Made by a program: the position numbers and the translations under genes. From assembly GCA_030594675.1 (NCBI GenBank), contig JAUVES010000001.1, forward strand, positions 1 to 49,721: a stretch of 49,721 bases of DNA. The letters are read 5' to 3'. The DNA comes from Candidatus Nanohaloarchaea archaeon (GTDB lineage: Archaea > EX4484-52 > GLR71). Within the stretch, counting starts at the first letter, position 1. Each line of letters starts with the position of its first letter. Shown in pieces: positions 6,583 to 15,024 of this stretch. Under the pieces are notes generated by a model, which ran no database searches, was not told where the DNA came from, and saw only the letters and a list, made by a program, of their open reading frames with translations.

Positions 6583-7114
6583 AAATGAGAACAACTCGAC
6601 TAACGTCTCAAAAAAACTTAGAAATGAGAACAAAACAACGTTCGTGGTTAGTGTAAGAATTGATATAAGACATTTAGCTAAAATAGCCAGTTATCTAAAT
6701 CAAAAAGGCGTCAAGCTCTCGTCTAAAGGAAAAGCCGCCAGTGAGGGTCTGAAGGTCTTAGCAGAGAATCTAAACATTCCATGTGAGACATTTGAAGACG
6801 CCCTTTTAATTCTAACTGACTTAGAATATGAGAATCCAAGAGGAATAGGAACTCGTTCTGAAAAGGCTCTCAAAGATGCTTTGAACACAGAGCTAAAGAT
6901 GAAAGAAAATCAGCCAGATATAAATGAAGCTGTTCAAGAGCAAGTAAGAATCTTTAATGAGAAAAACATAGAAGTTTCTGCGCCATCTGCTGAAGCTCAA
7001 AAAGGAGACTTTATAGTAGGAAATATATCACCAGAAGAAGCCAAGGAGCTAACTGAGAAAGAAGCCTCAGATGTCAAGAGCTTAAGAAAAGCAATGGAAG
7101 GAGTTAAGATTTAA
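6575..7114 (+). CDS. Hypothetical 179-aa protein (N-terminal strand-helix segment weakly RHH-like)
   Basis: ORF overlapping the upstream stop. TTFVVSVRIDIRHLAKIASYL is only suggestive of DNA binding. Confidence 0.55.
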   Translation: MLKNENNSTNVSKKLRNENKTTFVVSVRIDIRHLAKIASYLNQKGVKLSSKGKAASEGLKVLAENLNIPCETFEDALLILTDLEYENPRGIGTRSEKALKDALNTELKMKENQPDINEAVQEQVRIFNEKNIEVSAPSAEAQKGDFIVGNISPEEAKELTEKEASDVKSLRKAMEGVKI

Positions 7115-7137
7115 AATGTCAACGGAGATACTGAGAA

Positions 7138-7221
7138 ATGTTTAAACTAAGCGAAGATACAGTAGAATTTTGGAAACTCATAGCAATCTTAATCTTAATC
7201 GCCCTGTGGTTTGGAAAGTAA
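7138..7221 (+). CDS. Possible 27-aa membrane peptide (below cutoff)
   Basis: MFKLSEDTVEFWKLIAILILIALWFGK; weak SD. Confidence 0.3.
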   Translation: MFKLSEDTVEFWKLIAILILIALWFGK

Positions 7222-7249
7222 AAAGAAAGAAAGAAAAGGAGCTCGAAAA

Positions 7250-7366
7250 ATGTCTAAACTAGATAAAATTCTAATTCTCATTTTCACATTCTTGATGGGA
7301 ATAGTCTTCGGCTATACCTGGGCATGGAAAGCCCTTGAAGGAGCTTTTGAAAGAATCTTAAAATGA
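7250..7366 (+). CDS. Possible 38-aa membrane peptide (below cutoff)
   Basis: AAAGGAGCTCGAAAA precedes the ATG. MSKLDKILILIFTFLMGIVFGYTWAWK.. One TM segment. Confidence 0.4.
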   Translation: MSKLDKILILIFTFLMGIVFGYTWAWKALEGAFERILK

Positions 7367-7383
7367 TAAGAAAGGAGCTCAGA

Positions 7384-7662
7384 ATGCTGAAACAAGTTAA
7401 CGATAATAATTTAATAGGCAGAACAATAAAAGAACTTAAACTAACAAAAGATAGTGAGCTGATAATAGTATTTCAAGATAGTACATTTACAGTCATCAGC
7501 TCATATCCAGAAGAAGGCAACAAAAGCATCATTTATAATGATCTTCTTGACCTATCATTTATAAGGGCTAATGAAGCGATTCTTCTAAGTATGAAAATAA
7601 TTACTGAAGAAGACATAGGAAATATACACAGATTGATAGGAGAAAGGAGCTCAAAATGCTAA
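7384..7662 (+). CDS. Hypothetical protein, paralogue of 7856..8179
   Basis: AAAGGAGCTCAGA precedes ATG 7384. MLKQVNDNNLIGRTIKEL..STFTVISS aligns with MLKQVEYEKLIGKTIEKI..KSFTVLAS. Confidence 0.6.
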   Translation: MLKQVNDNNLIGRTIKELKLTKDSELIIVFQDSTFTVISSYPEEGNKSIIYNDLLDLSFIRANEAILLSMKIITEEDIGNIHRLIGERSSKC

Positions 7663-7841
7663 AAACTATCAAACAAGTTCTAATAACACGAGACAACATG
7701 ACATCTAGCGAAGCTGATGATCTCATAGCAGATGCAAAGAAAGACTTAAATGAACGTCTAGAAGATGGTGAAATGCCCTTCGATATCTGCGCCGAGTGGT
7801 TTGGATTAGAGGAAGATTATTTAGAAGAACTTATGTTTTAA
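7656..7841 (+). CDS. Hypothetical 61-aa acidic protein
   Basis: AAAGGAGCTCAAA precedes the ATG. Confidence 0.6.
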   Translation: MLKTIKQVLITRDNMTSSEADDLIADAKKDLNERLEDGEMPFDICAEWFGLEEDYLEELMF

Positions 7842-7855
7842 AAGGATAACCCAAA

Positions 7856-8179
7856 ATGTTAAAACAAGTAGAATATGAAAAGTTAATAGGGAAAACTATA
7901 GAAAAAATACAGCATATAAATTCATATCAGTTGATTATAACAACCGAGAAGTCTTTTACAGTGTTAGCTTCAGCAACTGGTTATGAAGGCGAAGATGTTA
8001 TAATTAACGAGTTTATAACTTCTTGTGATATATTAGATAACAATTTAGAAATTATTAAGGCAGGAGTTTGTACAGAAAATGAAATTAATAAAATGGCCAG
8101 AACAGACAAGTTAGAAAAAATCAAAAGAGAGAAAATTACTCTCCAAAGACTAAAAACTAAATATGAGACTGAGAGTTAA
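7856..8179 (+). CDS. Hypothetical protein, paralogue of 7384..7662
   Basis: Shared N-terminal sequence with 7384..7662. Confidence 0.65.
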   Translation: MLKQVEYEKLIGKTIEKIQHINSYQLIITTEKSFTVLASATGYEGEDVIINEFITSCDILDNNLEIIKAGVCTENEINKMARTDKLEKIKREKITLQRLKTKYETES

Positions 8180-8202
8180 AAGCAAGAAAGCTTAAATCTA
8201 AC

Positions 8203-8225
8203 CTACGTTCGGAAATTGAACAAAG
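8203..8225. promoter_or_regulatory. 23-bp quasi-palindromic element M4
   Basis: CTACGTTCGGAAATTGAACAAAG. TTAAAT lies 5 nt upstream; ATG 8258 lies 32 nt downstream. Confidence 0.75.
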
Positions 8226-8257
8226 ATGCAGACGTTGTCTGCTTGGAGCTAAAAACT

Positions 8258-8575
8258 ATGACAAGCGAAGATAAGAAAGAAAAAACTATCCAAAAACAAA
8301 CTTTAAACAAAGAACTTTTAAAGCTTCAACTAAAAATGAAACTCGCTGTTAAGCTGATGCGAAGATATGAGTCTTTGTTCAGAGCTCTCAGAACTAGATA
8401 TGAAAAACTAGACAGAGAGCTTTTTGAATCTAATCCTGGAATAACAGTTGTGAAAGCGAAAAGAAAAACCACCGAAACTAAGATCTTCAGTGACTATGAC
8501 AAGATGTCTACTGATGAGCAGAAAAGTGCCCTTGCAAGACTTCTTGAAATTCAGGCAAATATGAAAGGAAGCTAA
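8258..8575 (+). CDS. Hypothetical 105-aa coiled-coil-like protein
   Basis: ATG 8258 follows GGAG. The listed TTG 8216 lies inside element M4. Confidence 0.6.
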   Translation: MTSEDKKEKTIQKQTLNKELLKLQLKMKLAVKLMRRYESLFRALRTRYEKLDRELFESNPGITVVKAKRKTTETKIFSDYDKMSTDEQKSALARLLEIQANMKGS

Positions 8576-8577
8576 AA

Positions 8578-8970
8578 ATGAGTAATAGAAAAACTACTTA
8601 TACAAAAAGAGAAACACTTAGACTCCATAAGAAAATGTGGAATTGGCTTGCTGAGAATTCTGAAAGGCAAAAAAGAGACTGGCCAGACTGGGAAGAGCTT
8701 CTAGTTATCAACGCTACGCATTGCTTAGCTTGCTTATATGACAATCAGAAAGGCTCAGTAACAGCAGCTAAGTGTCAAAACTGTCCAATAGATTGGGAGA
8801 TATCTAAAAGCCATCCTGAAGTACATGTCTATATGTGTGAAGCTTCCTTATATGGCTGCTGGAGACGCTTACCATTAGAAGATAAAAGAAGATCAATCCT
8901 AGCAAAAAAGATAGCAAATCTAATGCCTAAAAATCGTCTCAAAAAACACAGACATAAAAACTTACCATGA
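8578..8970 (+). CDS. Hypothetical Cys-rich 130-aa protein
   Basis: AAAGGAAGC precedes the ATG. Several Cys pairs (CLAC, CQNC). Confidence 0.65.
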   Translation: MSNRKTTYTKRETLRLHKKMWNWLAENSERQKRDWPDWEELLVINATHCLACLYDNQKGSVTAAKCQNCPIDWEISKSHPEVHVYMCEASLYGCWRRLPLEDKRRSILAKKIANLMPKNRLKKHRHKNLP

Positions 8971-8976
8971 TTTCTA

Positions 8977-9005
8977 TTGACACTATTGATAAGCTCAGAT
9001 ATAAT
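8977..9005 (+). promoter_or_regulatory. Perfect consensus sigma70 promoter (TTGACA-17-TATAAT)
   Basis: TTGACA 8977-8982, 17-nt spacer, TATAAT 9000-9005. Confidence 0.75.
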
Positions 9006-9066
9006 GGTTTAAATCATGAATAGGATTTTCATTAACCTAAAACAACTAAGAAAAAGGAGAACAACT

Positions 9067-9489
9067 ATGAGCGAAAACGAAGATCCGCAAGAAGCACCAG
9101 GAACAGAAGCAACAGTCATCTGTGACACCCAGAATCCAGATCCAGAAAATCCAGGCTCAGTTCAGATTACCGCAACTAAGGACAAGCAAGTAGCTAAGAT
9201 TTTCTATAACTTTGGGGCAGACCTTGAAAGCATGATAGAGCTCTTTGGTGACGAAATCGTCTTCAGTTATGCTAAAGGCCAAATGATCATTCGCCTCCAA
9301 GCTGCAATGCGTAGCCGTATGTCTGCCGGTGGAGATGTCGCAGGTCTTGAAGCCGAGTTCAAACCAGGAATTGCTCTGCCAAAAACTCCCAAAGACATGA
9401 ATAAAGCTACTGAAAGTTACTTTATGACTCTTTCAACTGAAGAGCAAGATGCAATGATAGCTAAGTTGATGGAAAAGAAAGGTGCCTAA
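9067..9489 (+). CDS. Hypothetical 140-aa protein with acidic N-terminus
   Basis: ATG 9067 follows AAGGAG. The C-terminal tail is shared with 15622..15861. Confidence 0.65.
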   Translation: MSENEDPQEAPGTEATVICDTQNPDPENPGSVQITATKDKQVAKIFYNFGADLESMIELFGDEIVFSYAKGQMIIRLQAAMRSRMSAGGDVAGLEAEFKPGIALPKTPKDMNKATESYFMTLSTEEQDAMIAKLMEKKGA

Positions 9490-9602
9490 AAAGGCATAGA
9501 GAGCTGCTCAGTAGTGATAAGGCTCACTTATCATGTAGGTTTTACTCCTACCTCCCTATGTTTTTTAAAAAAAGCAGTCTCGTCATAGGGATTGGCTCCG
9601 AA

Positions 9603-9667
9603 GACTCAAGACGTTCAGAACAGAACTAGCTCCTCTGTTACTTTTCCTGAGCGTTTTGAGTCTTTCT
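9603..9667 (+). terminator. Long hairpin plus TTTCT; terminator/attenuator upstream of the ligase gene
   Basis: GACTCAAGACGTTCAG (9603-9618) pairs with CTGAGCGTTTTGAGTC (9647-9662), 16 bp including G-U. Inner stem AACAGA/TCTGTT. Confidence 0.5.
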
Positions 9668-9683
9668 CAGAAAAGGAGAAAAG

Positions 9684-10571
9684 ATGGAAAAAAAGAAACG
9701 CACAAACATAATGCTCTGTTATCCCTTGGAAGAAAAACGTCTGCTCGAACCTAAATTCAATTGGAGCTTTCCTGTAATATGTCAACCAAAACTAGACGGT
9801 GTTCGTTGTAGAGCTCTCTGCAATGGCTCTCAAGATCCAGTTCTTTTATCTTCAACTGAAACTATAATCAAAAGCGTTCCTCACATAAATGAAGCTCTTG
9901 GACAACAAGACTTACATGCAGAATTAGATGGAGAGCTTTATATTCATGGAGAAAGCTTTGAGACAATAAATGGAATTGTTTCGAGAACTATAAATATTCA
10001 CGAAGATTACTATAAAATAAAACTATATGTTTTTGACACAGTTTCAGAAGCTTCTCAACTTGAGCGCCTAGTATATTTAAACAGCTATTGTAGTTTTAAA
10101 AGTCTTCCAATTAAAGTTGTTCAAAACAGCCTTGCATACTCGTTTCAAGATATAATGAGAGTCTATGAAGAGTTTCTATCTGACGGCTATGAAGGCATAA
10201 TCGTAAGACATCGTTTAGCTCCTTATATTCGACGGCGCTCAACATTCGTCTTAAAATTTAAGCCAAAAAAGAGCGATATCTATAAAATAACAGGTTTTCA
10301 CAGAATGCTAGACAAGAATGGCTTTCCAAAGAATCTTTTAGGAGCCCTTACATGCACATCAGACGAAGGTACTGAGTTTTCTGTTGGAAGTGGTATGAGT
10401 GAAGAGTTTAGAAATTACTATTGGAAAAATGCTCCAGATCTTCTTGGAAAGTATTGTAAAATCTCCTATCAACACATGACTTCAAAGGGCTCTCCGAGGT
10501 TTCCAATATTCGTAAGTATATTAAATGAGAATCCAGAGGAAACTCTTGACATCGAAACAGGAATACTATAA
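9684..10571 (+). CDS. ATP-dependent DNA ligase
   Basis: Motif I KLDGVR, III LDGELY, IV EGIIVR, V LKFKPK. Confidence 0.9.
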   Translation: MEKKKRTNIMLCYPLEEKRLLEPKFNWSFPVICQPKLDGVRCRALCNGSQDPVLLSSTETIIKSVPHINEALGQQDLHAELDGELYIHGESFETINGIVSRTINIHEDYYKIKLYVFDTVSEASQLERLVYLNSYCSFKSLPIKVVQNSLAYSFQDIMRVYEEFLSDGYEGIIVRHRLAPYIRRRSTFVLKFKPKKSDIYKITGFHRMLDKNGFPKNLLGALTCTSDEGTEFSVGSGMSEEFRNYYWKNAPDLLGKYCKISYQHMTSKGSPRFPIFVSILNENPEETLDIETGIL

Positions 10572-10573
10572 AC

Positions 10574-10596
10574 CTATGTTCAAAATTTGAACGAAG
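10574..10596. promoter_or_regulatory. 23-bp quasi-palindromic element M5
   Basis: CTATGTTCAAAATTTGAACGAAG. TTGACA 10546 - 15 nt - TATAAA 10567 lies just upstream; ATG 10607 is 10 nt downstream. Confidence 0.8.
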
Positions 10597-10606
10597 AGAG
10601 GTTAAG

Positions 10607-10807
10607 ATGAAAGCTAACGAAATAATAAGTAATATTAAGAGCATGATAGAAGATGAAAACCTTGAAGTAGGAAGGCGTCTTGCAAAACTGGATACCTTAC
10701 AATCTATTCTACATATGGCTCAGAAAGATGGATATATTGAGAAGAAAGAGAAAGCCCCTCCACCTCCCTTAAATCCAAAAGCATCTTTTGATAAGGAGAC
10801 TGTTTAA
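10607..10807 (+). CDS. Hypothetical 66-aa protein
   Basis: ORF directly after M5. Confidence 0.6.
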   Translation: MKANEIISNIKSMIEDENLEVGRRLAKLDTLQSILHMAQKDGYIEKKEKAPPPPLNPKASFDKETV

Positions 10808-10809
10808 AC

Positions 10810-11067
10810 ATGAAAATCTTTAATGATTTCAAAAAACTTTGGATAGATAAAAAAGGTATAATAGAAGGTAAGATAGAAGTAGAAATAACTAATATTATGC
10901 CAAGAAAAGATGACTTATCATCAGTAGCCGTAAAGATATATGTAAAGGATGATGAAGATGCTAAACTTATGACATTTGGTCCTTGGGAGCTGTCTAAAGG
11001 AGATACAATGATACTGAAAGGACTAAAAGTTTCAATAGAAGTTAACCTAAGTTCCGATAGAAGCTAA
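10810..11067 (+). CDS. Hypothetical 85-aa protein, paralogue of 13258..13509
   Basis: AAGGAG precedes the ATG. MKIFN..IEVEITN..ILKGLKVSIE aligns with MEVFN..LEIVFTN..VLKGIDIRIE. Confidence 0.6.
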   Translation: MKIFNDFKKLWIDKKGIIEGKIEVEITNIMPRKDDLSSVAVKIYVKDDEDAKLMTFGPWELSKGDTMILKGLKVSIEVNLSSDRS

Positions 11068-11100
11068 ACTAGAAGGCAATTAACGAAAAGGAATCTAAAC

Positions 11101-11352
11101 ATGAGTTTACAAAGCCAAGTACCTGGAAACGGAAAGCCAGCAATGCCTAAAATTCCATTGGAAGAAATTCCTCTTCACAGATGCATAAAATGTTCTCACA
11201 CTGGTTTTATTGGCGGAGTCGAACTGAGACCAGTTTCAAAAATCATCTCAGCGTCAGGCCAAGACGAAGTAATGCAGACAAGAATTCTCGTATGTACTAT
11301 GTGCGGAGCTAAAGTCCTACAAGCGGATTTATTCGGAGGTAAAAATGACTAA
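11101..11352 (+). CDS. Zinc-ribbon protein (83 aa)
   Basis: CIKC ... CTMC pairs; AAAGGAA precedes the ATG. Confidence 0.6.
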   Translation: MSLQSQVPGNGKPAMPKIPLEEIPLHRCIKCSHTGFIGGVELRPVSKIISASGQDEVMQTRILVCTMCGAKVLQADLFGGKND

Positions 11353-11833
11353 GACAGAAAGAAGATTCTGGTCTTTGGTAAAAAGACACACACCTGAAGG
11401 CTGTTGGATCTTTGGAAGTGGAAATATAAATGACTATGGAACTTTTGGAGTAGCTAGCAAAAGCATAAAAGCACATCGCTTCGCTTGGGAGTTTCATCAT
11501 AAGTGTAAAGTTCCAAAAGGAATGTATATTTTACATAAGTGCGATAATCCCAAGTGTGTTAATCCAGATCACTTGTACTGTGGAAATCAGTTTGATAATA
11601 TGGAAGACAGAAAGCTAAGTGGCAATTTTAAGATAACAAATCCTGCAAAATATGCAAACAGAGTAAAACTAAGTAGCAAGGATGTTAAGTCAATAAAAGA
11701 ACTTTATGCAACAGGTGATTTTACTCGCGCAAAACTTGGAAAACTATTCAATATAAGCCCATCCGTAATTCAAGGACATCTTTCAGGAAGACTTAAACAT
11801 ACAATAGATTCTTATAGGAGTTCTAATGCCTAA
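11345..11833 (+). CDS. Free-standing HNH homing-type endonuclease with C-terminal HTH-like region
   Basis: AHRFAWEFHH..HKCDNPKCVNPDHL (HNH_3-like). GGAGG precedes the ATG. Confidence 0.8.
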   Translation: MTKTERRFWSLVKRHTPEGCWIFGSGNINDYGTFGVASKSIKAHRFAWEFHHKCKVPKGMYILHKCDNPKCVNPDHLYCGNQFDNMEDRKLSGNFKITNPAKYANRVKLSSKDVKSIKELYATGDFTRAKLGKLFNISPSVIQGHLSGRLKHTIDSYRSSNA

Positions 11834-12044
11834 AACTCCAAACATCTACGAAAGCTTAGTCAAGCTAACAACTACCAAAGATGAAAAAGCAGAACTTACA
11901 CTTTTGGCAAGTTTGGAAGATAAACCAAGAAATGAAAAACGTCAAATACGTAAGTTCTTAGATTGTCCTTGGGAGGAATATCAAAGACTGAGGAAGAAAT
12001 ATGCCAGAGTTCTTGAAAGATGGAAGAGGGAGAAAGAAAAATGA
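11826..12044 (+). CDS. Hypothetical 72-aa protein
   Basis: AGGAG precedes the ATG; overlapping stop/start on both sides. Confidence 0.6.
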   Translation: MPKTPNIYESLVKLTTTKDEKAELTLLASLEDKPRNEKRQIRKFLDCPWEEYQRLRKKYARVLERWKREKEK

Positions 12045-12262
12045 AAAATATATCAGAGTGTGTAAAAGAATCAAATGATATTGGTGAAGAAATACTGCGA
12101 ATAGAAGTTGAAATAAAATTGTTACAACAGGAAGTGATAAGATTAAAAGGAAAAAAAGAAGGTATTTGGTGGACTTTTCTATGTAAATCCTCTGAGACTA
12201 CTCCAGAATATCTTGCTGCTATAAATAAATTAAGAGAGAAGGTTACTAATGTCTTACTATGA
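12041..12262 (+). CDS. Hypothetical 73-aa protein
   Basis: ATG 12041 overlaps the upstream stop (ATGA) and follows GGGAGAAAG. Confidence 0.55.
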   Translation: MKNISECVKESNDIGEEILRIEVEIKLLQQEVIRLKGKKEGIWWTFLCKSSETTPEYLAAINKLREKVTNVLL

Positions 12263-13256
12263 CAAAACCTTAAACTATCCAGTTCCTGTCAACGAAACCT
12301 GGCAGATACAAGACAGTTCTAAAGTCAAAACTGCTATGAGTTGCTGGCGTCAATATTTCTTCGAGCATGTGCTTGGTTGGAGAATTGACCGCCCTAACAT
12401 ACACCTGATATTTGGATCTGCATGGCACGAAGCCTTAGCGTTTCTGCATCTTGAGGGCTTTGAAAACAAGAACGTCAGAGAAGCTTATAATAAGCATTTC
12501 TTACCTTACTATCGTCAGTTTATAGATCCAGATGAAGACGAAATTTATCTGCCTAAGACGCCTGAGCGTGCTTATCTGGCTCTTGCAGCTTATTGTATTC
12601 GCAGACAGCGAGATGCCCGAGACTATTCTGTCGTCTATCACGACGGTAAGCCTATGATTGAGATAGGTGGAAAAATAAACCTTAGCGACAAACGCCAGAT
12701 CAGCTTTCGGATGGACACGATTCTTAAAGGACCTAGAGGCATTATTTCTCGTGAACACAAGACCGGAAGCTCTACGTGGAACTGGGATATTCAGTGGCAC
12801 CTAAGTGTTCAAATCGGAACTTACAGCCACGTCCTTTATTGTCTTTATCCAGAAAACGAAGTTGCTGGCGTGATAGTCGATGGAACGTTCTTCAAGAAGA
12901 CTAAACCCAATGCCAAACTTGATGCTAAAGACCCTTTGCGCCACTTCGATTTTTTATCAGTGCCGATTTACAAATCTCCTGCAGCTATGAATGCTTGGCT
13001 CAATAACACTCTTTGGTGGCTAGACATGACGGAGTGGAACTTCAACATGCTCGCAGAGTGCTCAGACAGCGACGATGTTTTGCATGCTTTTCCTCAGAAT
13101 CCAGAAAGTTGCACAAAGTTCTTTGGCTGTGATTATCTGCCTTTCTGTATGGCTTGGGCTAATCCGTTGAGACATATAGACAAAGTTCCAATCGGCTTTA
13201 AAGTTGAGTTTTGGAATCCCCTGGATGAGCCGGTTACAGTTGAATTGGAGGTCTAA
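12249..13256 (+). CDS. PD-(D/E)XK (Cas4/RecB-like) exonuclease
   Basis: D..EHK core (RMDTIL...SREHKTG). One N-terminal Cys plus a C-terminal CTKFFGCDYLPFC cluster, like Cas4 Fe-S ligands. Confidence 0.65.
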   Translation: MSYYDKTLNYPVPVNETWQIQDSSKVKTAMSCWRQYFFEHVLGWRIDRPNIHLIFGSAWHEALAFLHLEGFENKNVREAYNKHFLPYYRQFIDPDEDEIYLPKTPERAYLALAAYCIRRQRDARDYSVVYHDGKPMIEIGGKINLSDKRQISFRMDTILKGPRGIISREHKTGSSTWNWDIQWHLSVQIGTYSHVLYCLYPENEVAGVIVDGTFFKKTKPNAKLDAKDPLRHFDFLSVPIYKSPAAMNAWLNNTLWWLDMTEWNFNMLAECSDSDDVLHAFPQNPESCTKFFGCDYLPFCMAWANPLRHIDKVPIGFKVEFWNPLDEPVTVELEV

Positions 13257-13257
13257 A

Positions 13258-13509
13258 ATGGAAGTTTTTAATAAAATCAAAGGAAACTTAGAAATAGTCT
13301 TTACTAACTTAAGTAATGATAAAGTTTATTATAAGATCGGACTAGTAGACAAAGATGGAAATAATCTTGCTTATCATGCTAAAGGATGTGTTTCCCTCAA
13401 TGTTCCAGTAGTTTTAAAAGGTATTGATATTCGGATAGAAGCTTATATAGAAAAACAGAAACTTAAATTGAAAAGAAAGCCCGAAATAATTGAGAAGGAT
13501 AATAGCTGA
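13258..13509 (+). CDS. Hypothetical 83-aa protein, paralogue of 10810..11067
   Basis: ATG 13258 follows GGAGG. The listed 13204 start lies inside the nuclease gene. Confidence 0.6.
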   Translation: MEVFNKIKGNLEIVFTNLSNDKVYYKIGLVDKDGNNLAYHAKGCVSLNVPVVLKGIDIRIEAYIEKQKLKLKRKPEIIEKDNS

Positions 13510-13630
13510 AAAAATGCCTACAAAAATAGAAAAATGTTTAAAGTTAATCGTAAACTACTTATTTATAATAACTGCTGGAGTTGCAGTAGTTCTAATTTTA
13601 AAATAGATTTTAAGTTTAGTCTAAAAGGAG

Positions 13631-14500
13631 GTGATTAAAATCGGAACACTTTTAGAAATTAAAAAACAAGCAGCTGAAATCAAGCGAATGTATGAAGAAG
13701 ATCCCCGAACCAAGACATTCAATGCTCTTATCTATGGATCTTTGAAAACTGGAAAGACCAGCATTCTCAGAACATGCCCTAAGCCAGTTTTAGTTCATTC
13801 TTTTGATCCATCTGGAACTCTTGTCCTTCGGGATCTAATTGAGAAAGGAGAAATTCTCGCTGACACTAGGTTTGAGCATGAAGATCCTTTTAAACCTTCC
13901 GCATGTCAGTTATGGGAAAAAGAATTCAACTATCTTTATCGAAAAGAATTCTTCAAACATGTAGGAACCTTCGCAATAGATTCAATGACTACCTGGGCAA
14001 GCATAATCATGAACGAAGTTATAAGACGAGCAGCTAAGACTAAGAAGAATCGTGAGATTGGTGGAGCTCCTCAACAACAAGACTGGCTCCTCCAGATGAG
14101 TTTCATAGAAAATTATACTCGGAAGTTCCTAAGCCTTCCCTGTCACTGTGTCTTACTCGGCCATGCAGATCAACAAAAAGATGAAAATGGAGCTAATGTC
14201 GGCGACTTAAGTATTATGATTACAGGTAAGTTAAGAGAGCGAATTCCAGCTCTTTTCAGCGAGATATATTACTTAAGAATTAAGGACTACAAACAGGGAA
14301 CTAGAGAACTTCTAACCCAGCAAGTTTATGGAGTTCAGGCAGGTTCAAGACTTGGTTTTGGTGGAAAGCTGGAAAAAACCGAGCCGCCAGATATAAAGAA
14401 AATAATGGCTAAGTGTGGCTTAGACACCAGTGATAAGCCGCTTTTCAGTGAACTAGAATATGAAGAAGAAACAATAACCACAACCGCAACTAACACTTAA
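13631..14500 (+). CDS. AAA/RecA-like ATPase (Sak4/AAA_24-like)
   Basis: Walker A GSLKTGKTS, Walker B FAIDSMT. The start is uncertain because GTG 13631 overlaps the AAGGAGG. Confidence 0.7.
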   Translation: MIKIGTLLEIKKQAAEIKRMYEEDPRTKTFNALIYGSLKTGKTSILRTCPKPVLVHSFDPSGTLVLRDLIEKGEILADTRFEHEDPFKPSACQLWEKEFNYLYRKEFFKHVGTFAIDSMTTWASIIMNEVIRRAAKTKKNREIGGAPQQQDWLLQMSFIENYTRKFLSLPCHCVLLGHADQQKDENGANVGDLSIMITGKLRERIPALFSEIYYLRIKDYKQGTRELLTQQVYGVQAGSRLGFGGKLEKTEPPDIKKIMAKCGLDTSDKPLFSELEYEEETITTTATNT

Positions 14501-14521
14501 AAAGAAGGGAGAACTAAAACT

Positions 14522-14953
14522 ATGGATTCATTTCTTGATCTAACAGAAGAAAAACTTGACGATGCAAAGGAGCCAACAGCTGTCGAGGAGGGAGAATATA
14601 CTCTTCGTATTGCTGACTGGCGAACAAGCAAAGACAACAACGTGGTAGCACTTGACAAGAACGATCAGCCTTACATGATGCCAATCTTGGAAGTAATTGA
14701 ATGCGAAGAAGCAGAACATGCCAAAACTATTTCGCATTTCTTAAGAATTCCAAATTCTGAAATGAATGCAAAAGACCAAAACAACGCTAAGTGGAATCTC
14801 AAGGCCTTCTGCGAATGCTTCGGTATTGACTACACGCAAAGGATTGACTTTGAGGAATGCTTAGGTCTGACCGGTGATGCACTGCTTTTTGTTGCCGAAG
14901 ACACAGGCTATGGAGAACAAAACAAGGTTCGTAAGTTCTTGACTCCACGTTAG
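14522..14953 (+). CDS. Hypothetical acidic 143-aa protein (possible ssDNA-binding protein, by position only)
   Basis: GGGAG precedes the ATG. Lies between the ATPase and polymerase genes. Confidence 0.5.
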   Translation: MDSFLDLTEEKLDDAKEPTAVEEGEYTLRIADWRTSKDNNVVALDKNDQPYMMPILEVIECEEAEHAKTISHFLRIPNSEMNAKDQNNAKWNLKAFCECFGIDYTQRIDFEECLGLTGDALLFVAEDTGYGEQNKVRKFLTPR

Positions 14954-14959
14954 AACAAA

Positions 14960-14993
14960 GGGAGACAGGAACGACAATTAGCTCTTGTCTCCC
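14960..14993 (+). terminator. Hairpin after gene 14522..14953, abutting element M6
   Basis: GGGAGACAGGA pairs with TCTTGTCTCCC (8 bp, one G-U, 2 bp). No clean T-run follows. Confidence 0.45.
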
Positions 14994-15015
14994 TATGTTC
15001 AAAAATCGAACGAAG
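14993..15015. promoter_or_regulatory. 23-bp quasi-palindromic element M6
   Basis: CTATGTTCAAAAATCGAACGAAG, 9 nt upstream of ATG 15025. Confidence 0.8.
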
Positions 15016-15024
15016 GTAAAAACA

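Noticed and set aside
10546-10572. TTGACA (10546) - 15 nt - TATAAA (10567) as an independent strong sigma70 promoter
   Set aside because: The 15-nt spacer is shorter than the functional optimum and the site lies inside the ligase coding end. It is noted only as context for element M5, not annotated as a separate promoter.
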